From a virus (lineage: Duplodnaviria; Caudoviricetes), in the IMG/VR virus record IMGVR_UViG_3300031669_005479, positions 1 to 64,000 of that record: a DNA stretch of 64,000 bases. The stretch is one strand, 5' to 3'. Positions within the stretch are counted from its first letter, which is position 1. Each line of letters opens with the position of its first letter. The notes under the pieces are model-generated. The model was not told the origin of the DNA, made no database searches, and worked only from the letters and a program-made list of their open reading frames with translations. The position numbers were made by a program, and so were the translations under genes. Shown piece after piece: positions 49,108 to 59,867 of this stretch.

Positions 49108-50157
49108 TTATCTATTTAAACTAGTATTTTCCATCTCAATTCCTTGAAATTTCCAAACTTCATGCGTATCGTTATATTTTATTCTTTTGATAAATTTAAT
49201 AATTCCAAATCCCATTAATTCACCATAATCATTTTTCACAAAGATACTTTTAATATTTGTAATTTCATTAAAAATTTCAGAATTTTCTTCAATATTTTCA
49301 GTATTAAACTTTATTGGAATGAAAAACTCTAACTGTCTATACTCAAAACCGATTTTTTTAACATGTAAAAATTCTGTTAATTGTTCAATTTTATTTACAA
49401 CATCCAACCCTTCTTCACGATAAACCTTAATCGGAAATTCAAATGTTTTCGACTTTTCAAGATTATCGTGTAACTCAAATACATTTTGTTTTTCAAATTC
49501 AAGAACATGATGTATTTCTGAGGTTTCGGTTTTTTCCACATTTAATTCAATTGGAATAAATTCCATATTATCTGTTTTTTTTACAACATCAAATATTTTT
49601 GATAATCCTGCTTCAATTGGAATATTATTAAAAATGTATAGAATTTCATAATCATCGTCTTTCGTACGCCTCTCTTCAAATTCTTGTGCAATTACTTCAC
49701 CAAGCGTTTTACCTGCATTCTTATGCTTACCATCAAAAAACCCATAGTGTTCATAACGACGACCATATGCATCCTTTTTATTTGCCCTATCAAGTCCCCT
49801 TTCAAGATTAAATGAATGTGAATTGCCATCAGTTGCATCTACCATAAAACGCATATGCTTATCTGTCGCAACAGCAAAATCATGGGGTGTAGAATTTTTC
49901 ATAAACCTATCTGCCTTTTTCAGTATTTCATAATATTCTTTAACATATTTCTCATCTGTTTGCCCAACATAAAATTTTTCAAGCACATTGTTTCTATGTC
50001 GCATTCTTTGGATTTTCTTACCACTCTCGTTACAAATGTTTGGGTCAGCTTTTAATATTTCTTCTTCAGTATTATGTAATGCAATACTAATATTAATTAA
50101 TACTGAGTGAATTTTTATATAAATCCAAAGTATAATATTTTTAAAAATAGTTTTCAT
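49108..50157 (-). CDS. Hypothetical protein
   Basis: 349-aa ORF. Confidence 0.65.
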   Translation of the reverse strand: MKTIFKNIILWIYIKIHSVLINISIALHNTEEEILKADPNICNESGKKIQRMRHRNNVLEKFYVGQTDEKYVKEYYEILKKADRFMKNSTPHDFAVATDKHMRFMVDATDGNSHSFNLERGLDRANKKDAYGRRYEHYGFFDGKHKNAGKTLGEVIAQEFEERRTKDDDYEILYIFNNIPIEAGLSKIFDVVKKTDNMEFIPIELNVEKTETSEIHHVLEFEKQNVFELHDNLEKSKTFEFPIKVYREEGLDVVNKIEQLTEFLHVKKIGFEYRQLEFFIPIKFNTENIEENSEIFNEITNIKSIFVKNDYGELMGFGIIKFIKRIKYNDTHEVWKFQGIEMENTSLNR

Positions 50158-50162
50158 TAATA

Positions 50163-51542
50163 TTATTTTACCTCCAATGTTTTTGCAACAACTGCTTTAT
50201 AGAATTCAGCACGTTTCTTTGTAACCTCAGCAAGATCATACTTAATTTTAAAGTCTTCATGTAGTTGTTCACCAAGTTTTTTTCTTAATTCTGCATCCAA
50301 AATTAATTTTTTCAAATACTTTGCCCAATATTTACTAGCATTTTTCTCTGCAGGTATTAATACACAGTTTTCCATATGCTTACCATCAACATTATATGGT
50401 GGAATATCGCTACATACAATGGGCAGTTTTCTAGTCCAGCATTCAACTTGTTTTAAATTTGACTTCATCTTATTAAACGAATTGTCTGCAAGCGGTGCAA
50501 TTACAATGTCAGTTTCATCCAATACTTTCGCATATGCGTTGGCTTTTTCTGTCCAACGTCTACCAAAATTACCCTCGTTTTCATACCTCACATTTCTTTC
50601 ATAATTTTTTAACCATTGCAGATAATCTGAGTTTGTAATCATACGATGATTATCGCTTAAAACTTTTTCATAGTATAGGTAAACACTTTCTTCAGATTTG
50701 ATATCTCTTTCCTGACGATTAAATACATTACCTCTATATTTGTTCTTCAAATCAATTGGTATTTGAATTTTATCTATATCTCCCTTAGAACTATTGATTG
50801 ATTTAATTGTTTTTTGCGTCCACAATCCCCTCTTTTGTAATTCTTCACCAAATTCTTGATTAAATGTAATATCGGTAGTATTACCTTCAGTATCCCAACC
50901 AGCAATAATCACCTTAAATTTATCTTTCAATTGCCAATCACTTGAAAGTATATTCATCACACCCTCAAGTTGTTCAATATCTACCATATGACTACTACCA
51001 CCCATATATGTAATTCTAACCAATCCATCTTGGTCAGGTTTCCAATTATTTTGAAATTGTTTCATCCAAATAGGGTCAACAGAATTATACAATACCTTTA
51101 CGTTATCTCTACCAGTAATCTTGCGTATTTCATCTGCAAATAAATCTGTGGTCGTTGTCACATAATCAGCAATTTTTAAATTTTCCATGATTGGAATATG
51201 TAACTTTCTTTCAAGACTTACCTCATAAAATGGATGTTTTCTATGCAATTGCCAGTAGTCATCAATATCTACGATTAATTGTGTTCCAGATTTTCTTAAT
51301 TCATTTGCCAGCACTTCCATTTGCTTTGTATCTGAAAGGAATTGACGATGGTAATGAATTATGTGAAATGACTTGAGATAGTCAATAAACTTTGGGTCAT
51401 TAAAATCTATTTGTGGATTGATTTCAACGTAAAAATCATCCGAATGATTTCTTTCAAGTTCCATTGCTGGTGTTTGTGTTCTAAAATAATTTACCCCTGC
51501 ACCATCAAGGTTGTAAAATAAAATTCTAATCTTACCGTCCAT
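50163..51542 (-). CDS. GT-B (GT4-like) glycosyltransferase
   Basis: DIDDYW, DIVIAPL..FNKMKSNLKQVE, PIVCSDIPPY. Confidence 0.8.
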   Translation of the reverse strand: MDGKIRILFYNLDGAGVNYFRTQTPAMELERNHSDDFYVEINPQIDFNDPKFIDYLKSFHIIHYHRQFLSDTKQMEVLANELRKSGTQLIVDIDDYWQLHRKHPFYEVSLERKLHIPIMENLKIADYVTTTTDLFADEIRKITGRDNVKVLYNSVDPIWMKQFQNNWKPDQDGLVRITYMGGSSHMVDIEQLEGVMNILSSDWQLKDKFKVIIAGWDTEGNTTDITFNQEFGEELQKRGLWTQKTIKSINSSKGDIDKIQIPIDLKNKYRGNVFNRQERDIKSEESVYLYYEKVLSDNHRMITNSDYLQWLKNYERNVRYENEGNFGRRWTEKANAYAKVLDETDIVIAPLADNSFNKMKSNLKQVECWTRKLPIVCSDIPPYNVDGKHMENCVLIPAEKNASKYWAKYLKKLILDAELRKKLGEQLHEDFKIKYDLAEVTKKRAEFYKAVVAKTLEVK

Positions 51543-51693
51543 ATCGAGTTTATAAATTTTTATAAATTAATGTAATTAATTATAAATACGTAAAAATAAT
51601 ACAAAATCCTCAAATTTGAAAGGAATTTAAAAAATAAATGCCAACAAATGTTGGCAAATATGAAATATGGAAAGTGTATTTAGTTTGTTTTAA

Positions 51694-52068
51694 TTATTCA
51701 TCTTTTTGAATATCAGATTCATCATCTTTCCTACCAACTCTTTTTTTACTAGAATTGGTATTTTTATGCTCTACTTTATTTTTTTCTAATTCTCCAACTG
51801 GTGCGGTTTTATTAACTACTTTGGTAACATTCATTGTCTTATTAAGTTCGAAAGGTGTAACTTCGACAATAGTTATCATCTTTTTAATTCTTAATTTATG
51901 AACAGATAATGGTAAGGTTCCTATGGTTAAATATGCAGTATCACCAGGTTTTACACTAAGAATTTTCTTATTCATGTTATCAACATACTCAATATCAACA
52001 GTAACGTTAAATTTTACGTCACGTTTTCCTAAAAAATTTGTAATGTTTGTAATTTTATATGTATTCAT
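51694..52068 (-). CDS. Hypothetical protein
   Basis: ORF in the minus-strand run. Confidence 0.6.
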   Translation of the reverse strand: MNTYKITNITNFLGKRDVKFNVTVDIEYVDNMNKKILSVKPGDTAYLTIGTLPLSVHKLRIKKMITIVEVTPFELNKTMNVTKVVNKTAPVGELEKNKVEHKNTNSSKKRVGRKDDESDIQKDE

Positions 52069-52078
52069 AGTTTTTAAT

Positions 52079-52891
52079 TTATTTTAATCCCCAAATTATT
52101 GTATCAAACTTAATTCCATCAAAACCCATAGATTTTGCTTTCTTCGCAATTGCTTTATATTTTACATTTTCAGCAGTTGTATCATATTTTTCACCCAATG
52201 CCTCAAAATTAACATGTGGAAACCAAATCTTTGACAATATATCGATTGGATTTTGACCATCTTTATATGCAACGCCTGATGCTTGAGTATCAAACAAGTT
52301 TTCAAAATCTATTTGATATTTATCAAATCCACCTATAGGATTCGTAATAAAGAAATTTCCATTTGCAGAATTTTCTTTAATTGGGTCTTTCCTATAGCCA
52401 ATTATTGTTTGTTGGTTTGTATTTGGCTTTTCTGCTTGAACGTCAGTATTATCTTCTTCCAATGTATTCAGAAATTGATCTTCGTCATCACCATAAAAAT
52501 TAATGGCATCTTGTGCTTCAACTTCTTCCAGTCCCTGAGATTTCTCATAATCATAAATGTCCTGTATCTTATTCAATACTCTACATGCATCTTTACTATT
52601 TAAATTAATTTTAATTGCCATTAATTTTAATCCATCCAATAGTGCACGAACCATACGATGATGACCATCAATTACTTCCATATCATTGCTAACCCAAATT
52701 GGATTCTTATCATCTATATTTACATTCTCAACATCGTCACTAAATGTAATCCCTTGTAATGGTTGCAAATCATTTGGGTCTACTTCAGTCACAGTATAAT
52801 CCACATTTTCGTCGTCAAGTTTTTGCAATACTATTGTATATGGTGCACTAACTTGTGGCAAAAATCTTGGTTTATATCTCATATTAATCAT
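52079..52891 (-). CDS. ParB/Srx-like N-terminal domain protein
   Basis: LQPLQ, PIWVS, VIDGHHR. Confidence 0.6.
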   Translation of the reverse strand: MINMRYKPRFLPQVSAPYTIVLQKLDDENVDYTVTEVDPNDLQPLQGITFSDDVENVNIDDKNPIWVSNDMEVIDGHHRMVRALLDGLKLMAIKINLNSKDACRVLNKIQDIYDYEKSQGLEEVEAQDAINFYGDDEDQFLNTLEEDNTDVQAEKPNTNQQTIIGYRKDPIKENSANGNFFITNPIGGFDKYQIDFENLFDTQASGVAYKDGQNPIDILSKIWFPHVNFEALGEKYDTTAENVKYKAIAKKAKSMGFDGIKFDTIIWGLK

Positions 52892-52916
52892 TGTAGCAAG
52901 TTTACTATAAATACTA

Positions 52917-53483
52917 TTAAAATATTTTTTTAATTTCCTCCATAATGATATATAGTAAATTACCTGAACGACTTGTTTCTGTCAGCACTAATTTATCATT
53001 ATCTACAGCATAAATATTAAATTCAATACCGTTCGGTATTTCACTTCTGATTGCTTCATATGCGACAAGATCAGTCTCACGGTCATCATAAACATTAATT
53101 ACCTTTAAATCTGGCATTTGTTCAACATATCTCAATATCTTTATACCCTTATTACCTTCGGCACGTTTCATATCAATTTTATCCACATGTATGTTGTTTT
53201 TATCTAGGATTGCCTCAACTTGTGGACGCAGTTTTTCCATACGTGATGTTAATACCATTACATAGGTATTTGGTGTCGCTATTTCCCTTCTTAGTTGATT
53301 TAATATGGTGGGAAATGGTTTGATGTCAAAAACGTCCAAATCTAAACTTTCTGGTCTACCCCACCAGCCAGCATATGGATATGGTCTACCTGTCCTTTCT
53401 GACCATAGAATTTTTCCACGTTCAGGTTCAGGTGAATTTATCAAAGTACCGTCGAAATCGAATACGGAAAGTCTACTAATCAT
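52917..53483 (-). CDS. HAD phosphatase (Pnkp/RNA-repair-like)
   Basis: FDFDGTL, VLTSR, VYDDR. Confidence 0.8.
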   Translation of the reverse strand: MISRLSVFDFDGTLINSPEPERGKILWSERTGRPYPYAGWWGRPESLDLDVFDIKPFPTILNQLRREIATPNTYVMVLTSRMEKLRPQVEAILDKNNIHVDKIDMKRAEGNKGIKILRYVEQMPDLKVINVYDDRETDLVAYEAIRSEIPNGIEFNIYAVDNDKLVLTETSRSGNLLYIIMEEIKKIF

Positions 53484-53686
53484 ATTTTACCTATTTTTTT
53501 ATAAATTAAATGTTTAAAATCACTAAACGGTATTTTAATTAGGTTTTATTAACTATTTGTAAATTTTGTTAAATTTTACTTAGCAGTTGATTAACCCATC
53601 ATTTTCAGCCAATTTAATAAAAAGGTCTTCACATAAAAGACCTATAGTGGTATCACTATTAATTTTGACATACAATTCTTCATTCA

Positions 53687-54070
53687 TTACTTATATTCAA
53701 CTTCAACAATCTTTCCAGTTATCTGTAATGGTCTTTTAATTGGCCTCCAATCAGTCAACTTATTTGACATCATGGGTTTACCACCATTTTCAGTATTAAC
53801 TGCTAATGTTATGTGTGGTTTAACATTCTGACTATAAAAACCTGAAACGCCTACCGCAATTACCTTATCATCCATTGCAATATCATTAACAGTCAAATTA
53901 ACTATCAATCCTAAATATTTTACGTATTTAGGATTGATCTCACCCAAATTTATTGTCATATGGTGTGCAATGATTTTCCAGCCTTCTGGAATTTCAGACT
54001 TAAACTGCTCAATCAATCTTTCTCTCGATCTTTCATCAAGCACTACTGCACTATACGATATTTTTCCCAT
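53687..54070 (-). CDS. 2H phosphoesterase (tRNA-ligase CPDase-like)
   Basis: HHMTI and KPHITLA motifs. Confidence 0.8.
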   Translation of the reverse strand: MGKISYSAVVLDERSRERLIEQFKSEIPEGWKIIAHHMTINLGEINPKYVKYLGLIVNLTVNDIAMDDKVIAVGVSGFYSQNVKPHITLAVNTENGGKPMMSNKLTDWRPIKRPLQITGKIVEVEYK

Positions 54071-54079
54071 TTCTGCTAT

Positions 54080-55810
54080 TTATTTTTCATTTAACATTAA
54101 GACCTTACCATTTTCTTTACCTTTATGACCTTTCCACGTATAAACCAATTCGTTGCCAGTAAGTTTACGTTCCTTTTCAAATGATTTAACATATTTTTTG
54201 CCCCTACCTTTTTTTACATATGCCAATGTAATATGTGCATGATAGTCAGGAAAATCTGTTGTATGGGACAAAACACTCATAATTTTATTCAGTTTAGTTA
54301 ATATTTTAGATTTAACACCAAATTTAACAACATCAAATTCTGAATTTTCAAAAATTGATATACCATCAACACCAATTTCAATTGGCTTTAATGTCATATT
54401 CTCCCGATATAAATCAAATACCTCATCGGGCGTAACATCATCATGAAAACCATATAGTATTGTGGTATGTGGTTCAGTTTCAATTCCATATCCCTTTACA
54501 TCATAAATATCATTTTTATCTATAATGGATGTTATTTTATTCCAGATCGGAACATCTAAATATAACATTAAACATCCATATTCAATTCTTTCCGCTTTTT
54601 CCTCATTTATGGAATCTTTTTTTGATATTGAATCCAGTATATCTTTTCTATTGTTTTTCAATTTACCTGAATATATTTTCAACAATATCATTTTTAGAGT
54701 ATTGCCAATTTCTTTACCATTATACCCTAACTTCATCAAATCGTTTCCATTTACACTAAGTTCACCAATTATTTTTGGATATTTACCACTAAGCAATTCT
54801 TGTGCAGCAATTTCAATTATTCTTGGTAGTATTTGGCTTTGCAATGATTGTGGAAATGTAACATACATATTATGTGCAACACTTCTCGCTTCAATTAAAT
54901 TCGTTGCTTCACCACTATCATATGCCATCTGTAACGCTTTAATTTCCTTATATGTATTAATGTCTCCCTTAAGATTATTTTTATAAAATTCAGCAGGATT
55001 TGATAAATGTCTGGTTAATAAAAAAATAAATTCGCCCATAGTTCTAACATCTTCAAACGGACTTCTATCAATCACAGATTGCTTTATGTCAAATCCAAAA
55101 ATTTGTTGAAATAAACCGCTATCTTTTAGTAATTGTGCACCTAAACGTTTATTTCCCTTTTTAACAATTTTATCGAATTCAGTTAATATTCTTTCTGGTG
55201 GAATTTCTTTAATACGAGTCGCATTATCCTTAATCATTTGCATTGTCTGTGGTTCAATAGTAAAACCAAAACGTGATGCAAAACCAATTATTCTTAACAT
55301 TCTTAACGGGTCTTCCGAAAAAGCAGTTGCATTCGCAGCAGAAATTTGTTTTTTTTCAATATCTTCCAAACCACCCAATGGGTCAATGAACTTACCTGTA
55401 TTTATGTTAATTGCCATTGCATTGAACTTTGCATCTCTTCTGCTAAGGTCATCTTCAATTGGCAGATTTTGGTCGCTTTGAACATCAAATCCTCTATATC
55501 CACCACTATCATTTTTGGTTTCAGTTCTCGGTAAAGCAATATCATAATCAACACCATCCCTATCAACAAATTTAATAACGCCAAATGATTTACCCACAAC
55601 ATCAACCTTACCAAATTTTTGCAATTTTGCAACTAGCACATCGATTGAAACATTCCTAACAATTAAATCAATATCTTTATTTGGTTTATTTAGAATTAGG
55701 TCACGTACAACACCACCAATTGCATAGCACTCACCATTTAAATCATTAATGATTGATTTAATAAATGGCTTTTGTCTTAAATTTAATATAAAATCCTGTA
55801 TACTACCCAT
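54080..55810 (-). CDS. cca: CCA-adding / poly(A) polymerase-family nucleotidyltransferase fused to a 2H phosphoesterase
   Basis: GGVVRD, DIDL, RRDAKFNAMA, EDPLRMLR; C-terminal EPHTT and HAHIT motifs. Confidence 0.85.
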   Translation of the reverse strand: MGSIQDFILNLRQKPFIKSIINDLNGECYAIGGVVRDLILNKPNKDIDLIVRNVSIDVLVAKLQKFGKVDVVGKSFGVIKFVDRDGVDYDIALPRTETKNDSGGYRGFDVQSDQNLPIEDDLSRRDAKFNAMAININTGKFIDPLGGLEDIEKKQISAANATAFSEDPLRMLRIIGFASRFGFTIEPQTMQMIKDNATRIKEIPPERILTEFDKIVKKGNKRLGAQLLKDSGLFQQIFGFDIKQSVIDRSPFEDVRTMGEFIFLLTRHLSNPAEFYKNNLKGDINTYKEIKALQMAYDSGEATNLIEARSVAHNMYVTFPQSLQSQILPRIIEIAAQELLSGKYPKIIGELSVNGNDLMKLGYNGKEIGNTLKMILLKIYSGKLKNNRKDILDSISKKDSINEEKAERIEYGCLMLYLDVPIWNKITSIIDKNDIYDVKGYGIETEPHTTILYGFHDDVTPDEVFDLYRENMTLKPIEIGVDGISIFENSEFDVVKFGVKSKILTKLNKIMSVLSHTTDFPDYHAHITLAYVKKGRGKKYVKSFEKERKLTGNELVYTWKGHKGKENGKVLMLNEK

Positions 55811-55855
55811 TTTAATTCTTTTTTACATGATAATTCACTTTACAATGTTCAATTT

Positions 55856-58800
55856 CTAAGATATCATTTTTTTTGCCTCATTAATATTATTTAGTATTAC
55901 CTGTGCTTCGTTCATAGTTTTTTTCCTAATTTTCAACTTTTCATTCTCGGCAAAGATACCATATTTTTTTTGATTATTCTCATCCAACACAAAATTAACC
56001 AATTTCGCTTTATTTTCTGCAGTATTCGTTGAAAATACTTTATAATCTTTCGGATTTTCATAACTTAAATATATGGTATTATTACCATATTTAACCAAAT
56101 CATAAAACATTTTACTGAAAACAAGTTTTACCCTATTCTCATCATATCCGTTTAGTGACAATTCTGCACGATAATTTTTATCTTTTTCATAAACTACCCT
56201 AATCCATCCATCCTTAATTGCTGCATCAAATACCCTATCATAATCCCACCCATAATCTTTATCTCTATATCTTCTCATAATAAAATCTTTATGATTCAAT
56301 ACTTGAACTCTATAGAATTGATTATCTGGCGATATCCATCCCCAAAATGTTTCATTTGGTATGTATTCTTCGTTTATCGTATTATCATTTTTTTTACTAT
56401 TGCTATCTTTAATAATCTTTATTTGTTTTGGACTGAAAACAAAATAATCATCATCTAATTTAGCACCATCGTATCCCATATCATGTAATTGACCTAAGCC
56501 ATATTTTTCATACTCATTCCAACCAGCCATTTTTTTTATTGAAAGATATGCAGAAATTATTCTGCTTCGACCTGCAGCACCAGCATCGCCACGCTCAATC
56601 TTATCCTTATCAGATGAAAACCAAATAATTGGTTGTGCAGCATTTTTTAAACTAAATCTACTAAAATCATTGTTTGTTCCATGATAAACAATTAACGGAT
56701 TTCCTTCATCGTCAACGACTTTTGACCCATTAAACCAATTTGCATCAATACTTTCATTAAGACTATTGTTTCGTTTAATGGTGATTTCATTGTCATTTTC
56801 AACATAGCTATAGCCAGAAGGCAAATTCTTTATTATAAATTGTAGATATAGTTCAAATCTTCTTCTGTCTTCCGAACCTTTTGCTTTTACTGGTTCAAAC
56901 ATAATTGAATTTGGTTTCGTATTCAAAATAAATCCCCTAACTAATTTTACTAGAGTTGCCATTATTCTATAAACTCTACCCTTATTAACTGTGGTAATTA
57001 AATTTAATGTACCTCGCTCAGTTATTGTACCAAACGACATAATCCAATTATTTTCTTCTTCAAACATATTGAAAACAACAAAATACTTATCACCATCCTC
57101 AGTAGTAAATCTATACTGTTTATTATACTCATCAGACACTAGAATACTTATTGTATATGGCGTAGTATTTCCTTCACCAATTTCATTAAGTGGCTTTATG
57201 TCCAAATTTTTAATATCTCCTTGATTACAGGCGGTAGATGTATTGCCTAAACCACCTAGTCTACACTTTTTTTTTACACTTACTGAGCTACTTCCTTTCA
57301 TTGAAGACAATACTCTTTCAACAAGTTCATCAATTGTTGTGGGAACATTATTATCGGTAAGTGGAGAAGTATCATTTTGATCATAAGCGGGAAAGTCATC
57401 ACGTCCAATAGAATCTACAGACGAAAATTTGGATGACCCATCTTCATCAACACTAATTTCTTGTGCTTCTGGCTCAGAATTAACATTACCACCACCAATA
57501 TCAAAAAATGCAATTACCCCATCTTTCTTATATCCAAGATTTTTGGGATTGTAGTAATCAATGCTTTCAATGCCGTATTTTTCTGCTTCTTTTGCAATAT
57601 TCACAATATTGAAAAAGAAATTAGCATCCTGTGGATTTTTCACAAAATATCTATCAGTTTTATTAATATCCACATTTGTTTCAAATCTATGGCCATAGAG
57701 ATATGCCTCAACAACATCACTAAAGTTAACACCCAATAACTGTTCGAATGCAATTTCAAGTCTATGAAACATACGCTTAAACTCATCTAAATCAGTATTT
57801 AGTTTTTCCAAAACAATTGCATACACCTCTGGAGCATTTTGTGTTCTACTTGTAATTACATATACTGCATATGGTTCAGCAATATATTTTAACTTCTTAC
57901 CAATAAGTTTAATATTCTCATTTGCTTCACTTTTATCTGTAGTAATTTTTAATACTCTATCATTACCAATATCGTATGCAACCCCATTAGTTCCAGCATC
58001 AATATAACTTGCATTTCCTACTCCAAGTTTTCGAGCAATCTTGCTTGCAATATCGCCATATTTATTTTCAATATTTTCATTAATTTTTTCATCACCTTCA
58101 GGTAAATATATTATGTTTTTTTCACCTATTGCTGGTTCTGGACTTCTATATCCACCAAAATCAAAAAACATTAAAATATTATTTTTATATCCCAGATTTT
58201 TTCGATTGCCATAATCATTCGACTTTATATCGTATCTAACCAACTCATTTTTAATGTTAAACAGTCCAACCAAATAGTTAAATATTTTTTTTCTTTCGAC
58301 ACTTGAAATATTAGCATTGGGATTTTGATTGAGAACACCTTTTGCCAAACCAACCATTTCATCATAATTAAAATTTTTTTTCATTTTAATTAAAAAATCA
58401 ACATATGACATTTCATTTGGATTGATTTCATCTATTTCTCTACCATACTGAAGAAATAAATTTTCTGGTTTATCTTCAATATATTCTTCAACAATTCCTA
58501 TAAACGATAGGTTAGTATCTGTGTCAAATATTTTATAGATATTATAAACTTTAGCAATTGTTATTGGTTGAACTCTCATTAGCTTGGCTGCAGCATCTCC
58601 TTCACTAACGTCCGCAGAAACTTTAAATACGTTACCATCTTCAGTTAAAAATGCAAAACCGTTTGAACCACCACCCAAATATTTTTGAAACGTAAGTCCA
58701 ATTTTTTCGCAAGCATTTTTAGCAATCTCTGTTGCATATGCTTTGTCATCTAATGTATATCCTTTTACTGGTGGAATATTGCTCACATCATATTCTTCTT

Positions 58801-59785
58801 TTATGAGTCTATCTCTATTGTATAAATTCTCAGAAATAAGAAATTCTTGAAGTTTTAGTAAATTATTATAGAACTTTTTCTTATTTTTAACTCGATTTAA
58901 TACTTCCTTAATATTACCAATGCACTCATTAAAACCTTCAACCAAAATTGGCATTGCAGGTAATGGATTTTTTGACGAGTAGTCTACTGTATTTGATATT
59001 AAATCAACAATTTCCTCATTTATTACGCCATTACCATCACCTACACCATATGGAACTAATGCCCACATGCCTTTACGTGTATCAATGCCATCTTCTTGTG
59101 GTAAATCGCCAAGAATGTCATCATTACCGTCAGCAAAATTGTACATTTCATATATAGAATACCTCTGTTTTCTATCTGGACTATAGTAAGTATTATATAC
59201 CTCATCGTTTAGTCCATAATCGGTTAAAACAATTGCTGGTTGACCATCACGAATTACCTCACCATATGTGCTGGGTCTACCGTAATCGCCAACAATTTGA
59301 TTGTAATTTGCTACAAATTCAAACAATTCTTGTGCAAATTCATTTTCATTCAGCAGTTCAGTAATTTCGGGTTCAAGCGAATATGTCTGAGGTTTACGAT
59401 GATTTTTATCATATAATATCGATAAATATTTTCGCAAATCCCAAAGGCTTGGTATGCCAGTTATTTCTTTAATTCGTTTTTCAGTAACCTTTTTTGCTTT
59501 TTCTGAAATCAGCCAACTATCATCATCGGCACTATCAAATATTATTGCAACAATGTTATGTGTATCAGGATAGAAACCAGCACTTGCTTCTACTTCATTT
59601 TGTGCAACACCTTTAGTATTTTTCGCTAATTTTAAAATTTTTTGACCATCAATGTCGTAAACAACTCGACCGCTTCCGCTTCCGATTCTTGGCAAATATT
59701 GTTCAGCGTATTTAATTTTACCTGCAAACGACCTGATTTTAAGAAATTCTGGTAAGAATTTCTCTTTGAATTCTTCGTATGTCAT
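55856..59785 (-). CDS. Polyvalent protein: three kinase-like domains + ART-PolyVal-like domain + unknown domains
   Basis: Track ORF runs to 59851, probable ATG 59785; three Gly-loop/K/D..N/D-x-G sets; WFNGSKVVD..YHGT. Confidence 0.7.
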   Translation of the reverse strand: MTYEEFKEKFLPEFLKIRSFAGKIKYAEQYLPRIGSGSGRVVYDIDGQKILKLAKNTKGVAQNEVEASAGFYPDTHNIVAIIFDSADDDSWLISEKAKKVTEKRIKEITGIPSLWDLRKYLSILYDKNHRKPQTYSLEPEITELLNENEFAQELFEFVANYNQIVGDYGRPSTYGEVIRDGQPAIVLTDYGLNDEVYNTYYSPDRKQRYSIYEMYNFADGNDDILGDLPQEDGIDTRKGMWALVPYGVGDGNGVINEEIVDLISNTVDYSSKNPLPAMPILVEGFNECIGNIKEVLNRVKNKKKFYNNLLKLQEFLISENLYNRDRLIKEEYDVSNIPPVKGYTLDDKAYATEIAKNACEKIGLTFQKYLGGGSNGFAFLTEDGNVFKVSADVSEGDAAAKLMRVQPITIAKVYNIYKIFDTDTNLSFIGIVEEYIEDKPENLFLQYGREIDEINPNEMSYVDFLIKMKKNFNYDEMVGLAKGVLNQNPNANISSVERKKIFNYLVGLFNIKNELVRYDIKSNDYGNRKNLGYKNNILMFFDFGGYRSPEPAIGEKNIIYLPEGDEKINENIENKYGDIASKIARKLGVGNASYIDAGTNGVAYDIGNDRVLKITTDKSEANENIKLIGKKLKYIAEPYAVYVITSRTQNAPEVYAIVLEKLNTDLDEFKRMFHRLEIAFEQLLGVNFSDVVEAYLYGHRFETNVDINKTDRYFVKNPQDANFFFNIVNIAKEAEKYGIESIDYYNPKNLGYKKDGVIAFFDIGGGNVNSEPEAQEISVDEDGSSKFSSVDSIGRDDFPAYDQNDTSPLTDNNVPTTIDELVERVLSSMKGSSSVSVKKKCRLGGLGNTSTACNQGDIKNLDIKPLNEIGEGNTTPYTISILVSDEYNKQYRFTTEDGDKYFVVFNMFEEENNWIMSFGTITERGTLNLITTVNKGRVYRIMATLVKLVRGFILNTKPNSIMFEPVKAKGSEDRRRFELYLQFIIKNLPSGYSYVENDNEITIKRNNSLNESIDANWFNGSKVVDDEGNPLIVYHGTNNDFSRFSLKNAAQPIIWFSSDKDKIERGDAGAAGRSRIISAYLSIKKMAGWNEYEKYGLGQLHDMGYDGAKLDDDYFVFSPKQIKIIKDSNSKKNDNTINEEYIPNETFWGWISPDNQFYRVQVLNHKDFIMRRYRDKDYGWDYDRVFDAAIKDGWIRVVYEKDKNYRAELSLNGYDENRVKLVFSKMFYDLVKYGNNTIYLSYENPKDYKVFSTNTAENKAKLVNFVLDENNQKKYGIFAENEKLKIRKKTMNEAQVILNNINEAKKMIS

Positions 59786-59841
59786 ATTTGAATATAATAT
59801 ATATTCATAAATACAAAGTTCGTAATAAAAAGGGTAATAAA

Positions 59842-59867
59842 AAAAGCGCAATTATGATTGCGCTTTT
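59842..59867 (-). terminator. Hairpin terminator
   Basis: aaaagcgcaat/attgcgctttt over the upstream gene's stop. Confidence 0.6.

Noticed and set aside
59786-59851. N-terminal extension of the 1331-aa ORF
   Set aside because: It overlaps a terminator hairpin and the GTATTTAT motif; ATG 59785 fits the spacing seen at other genes.
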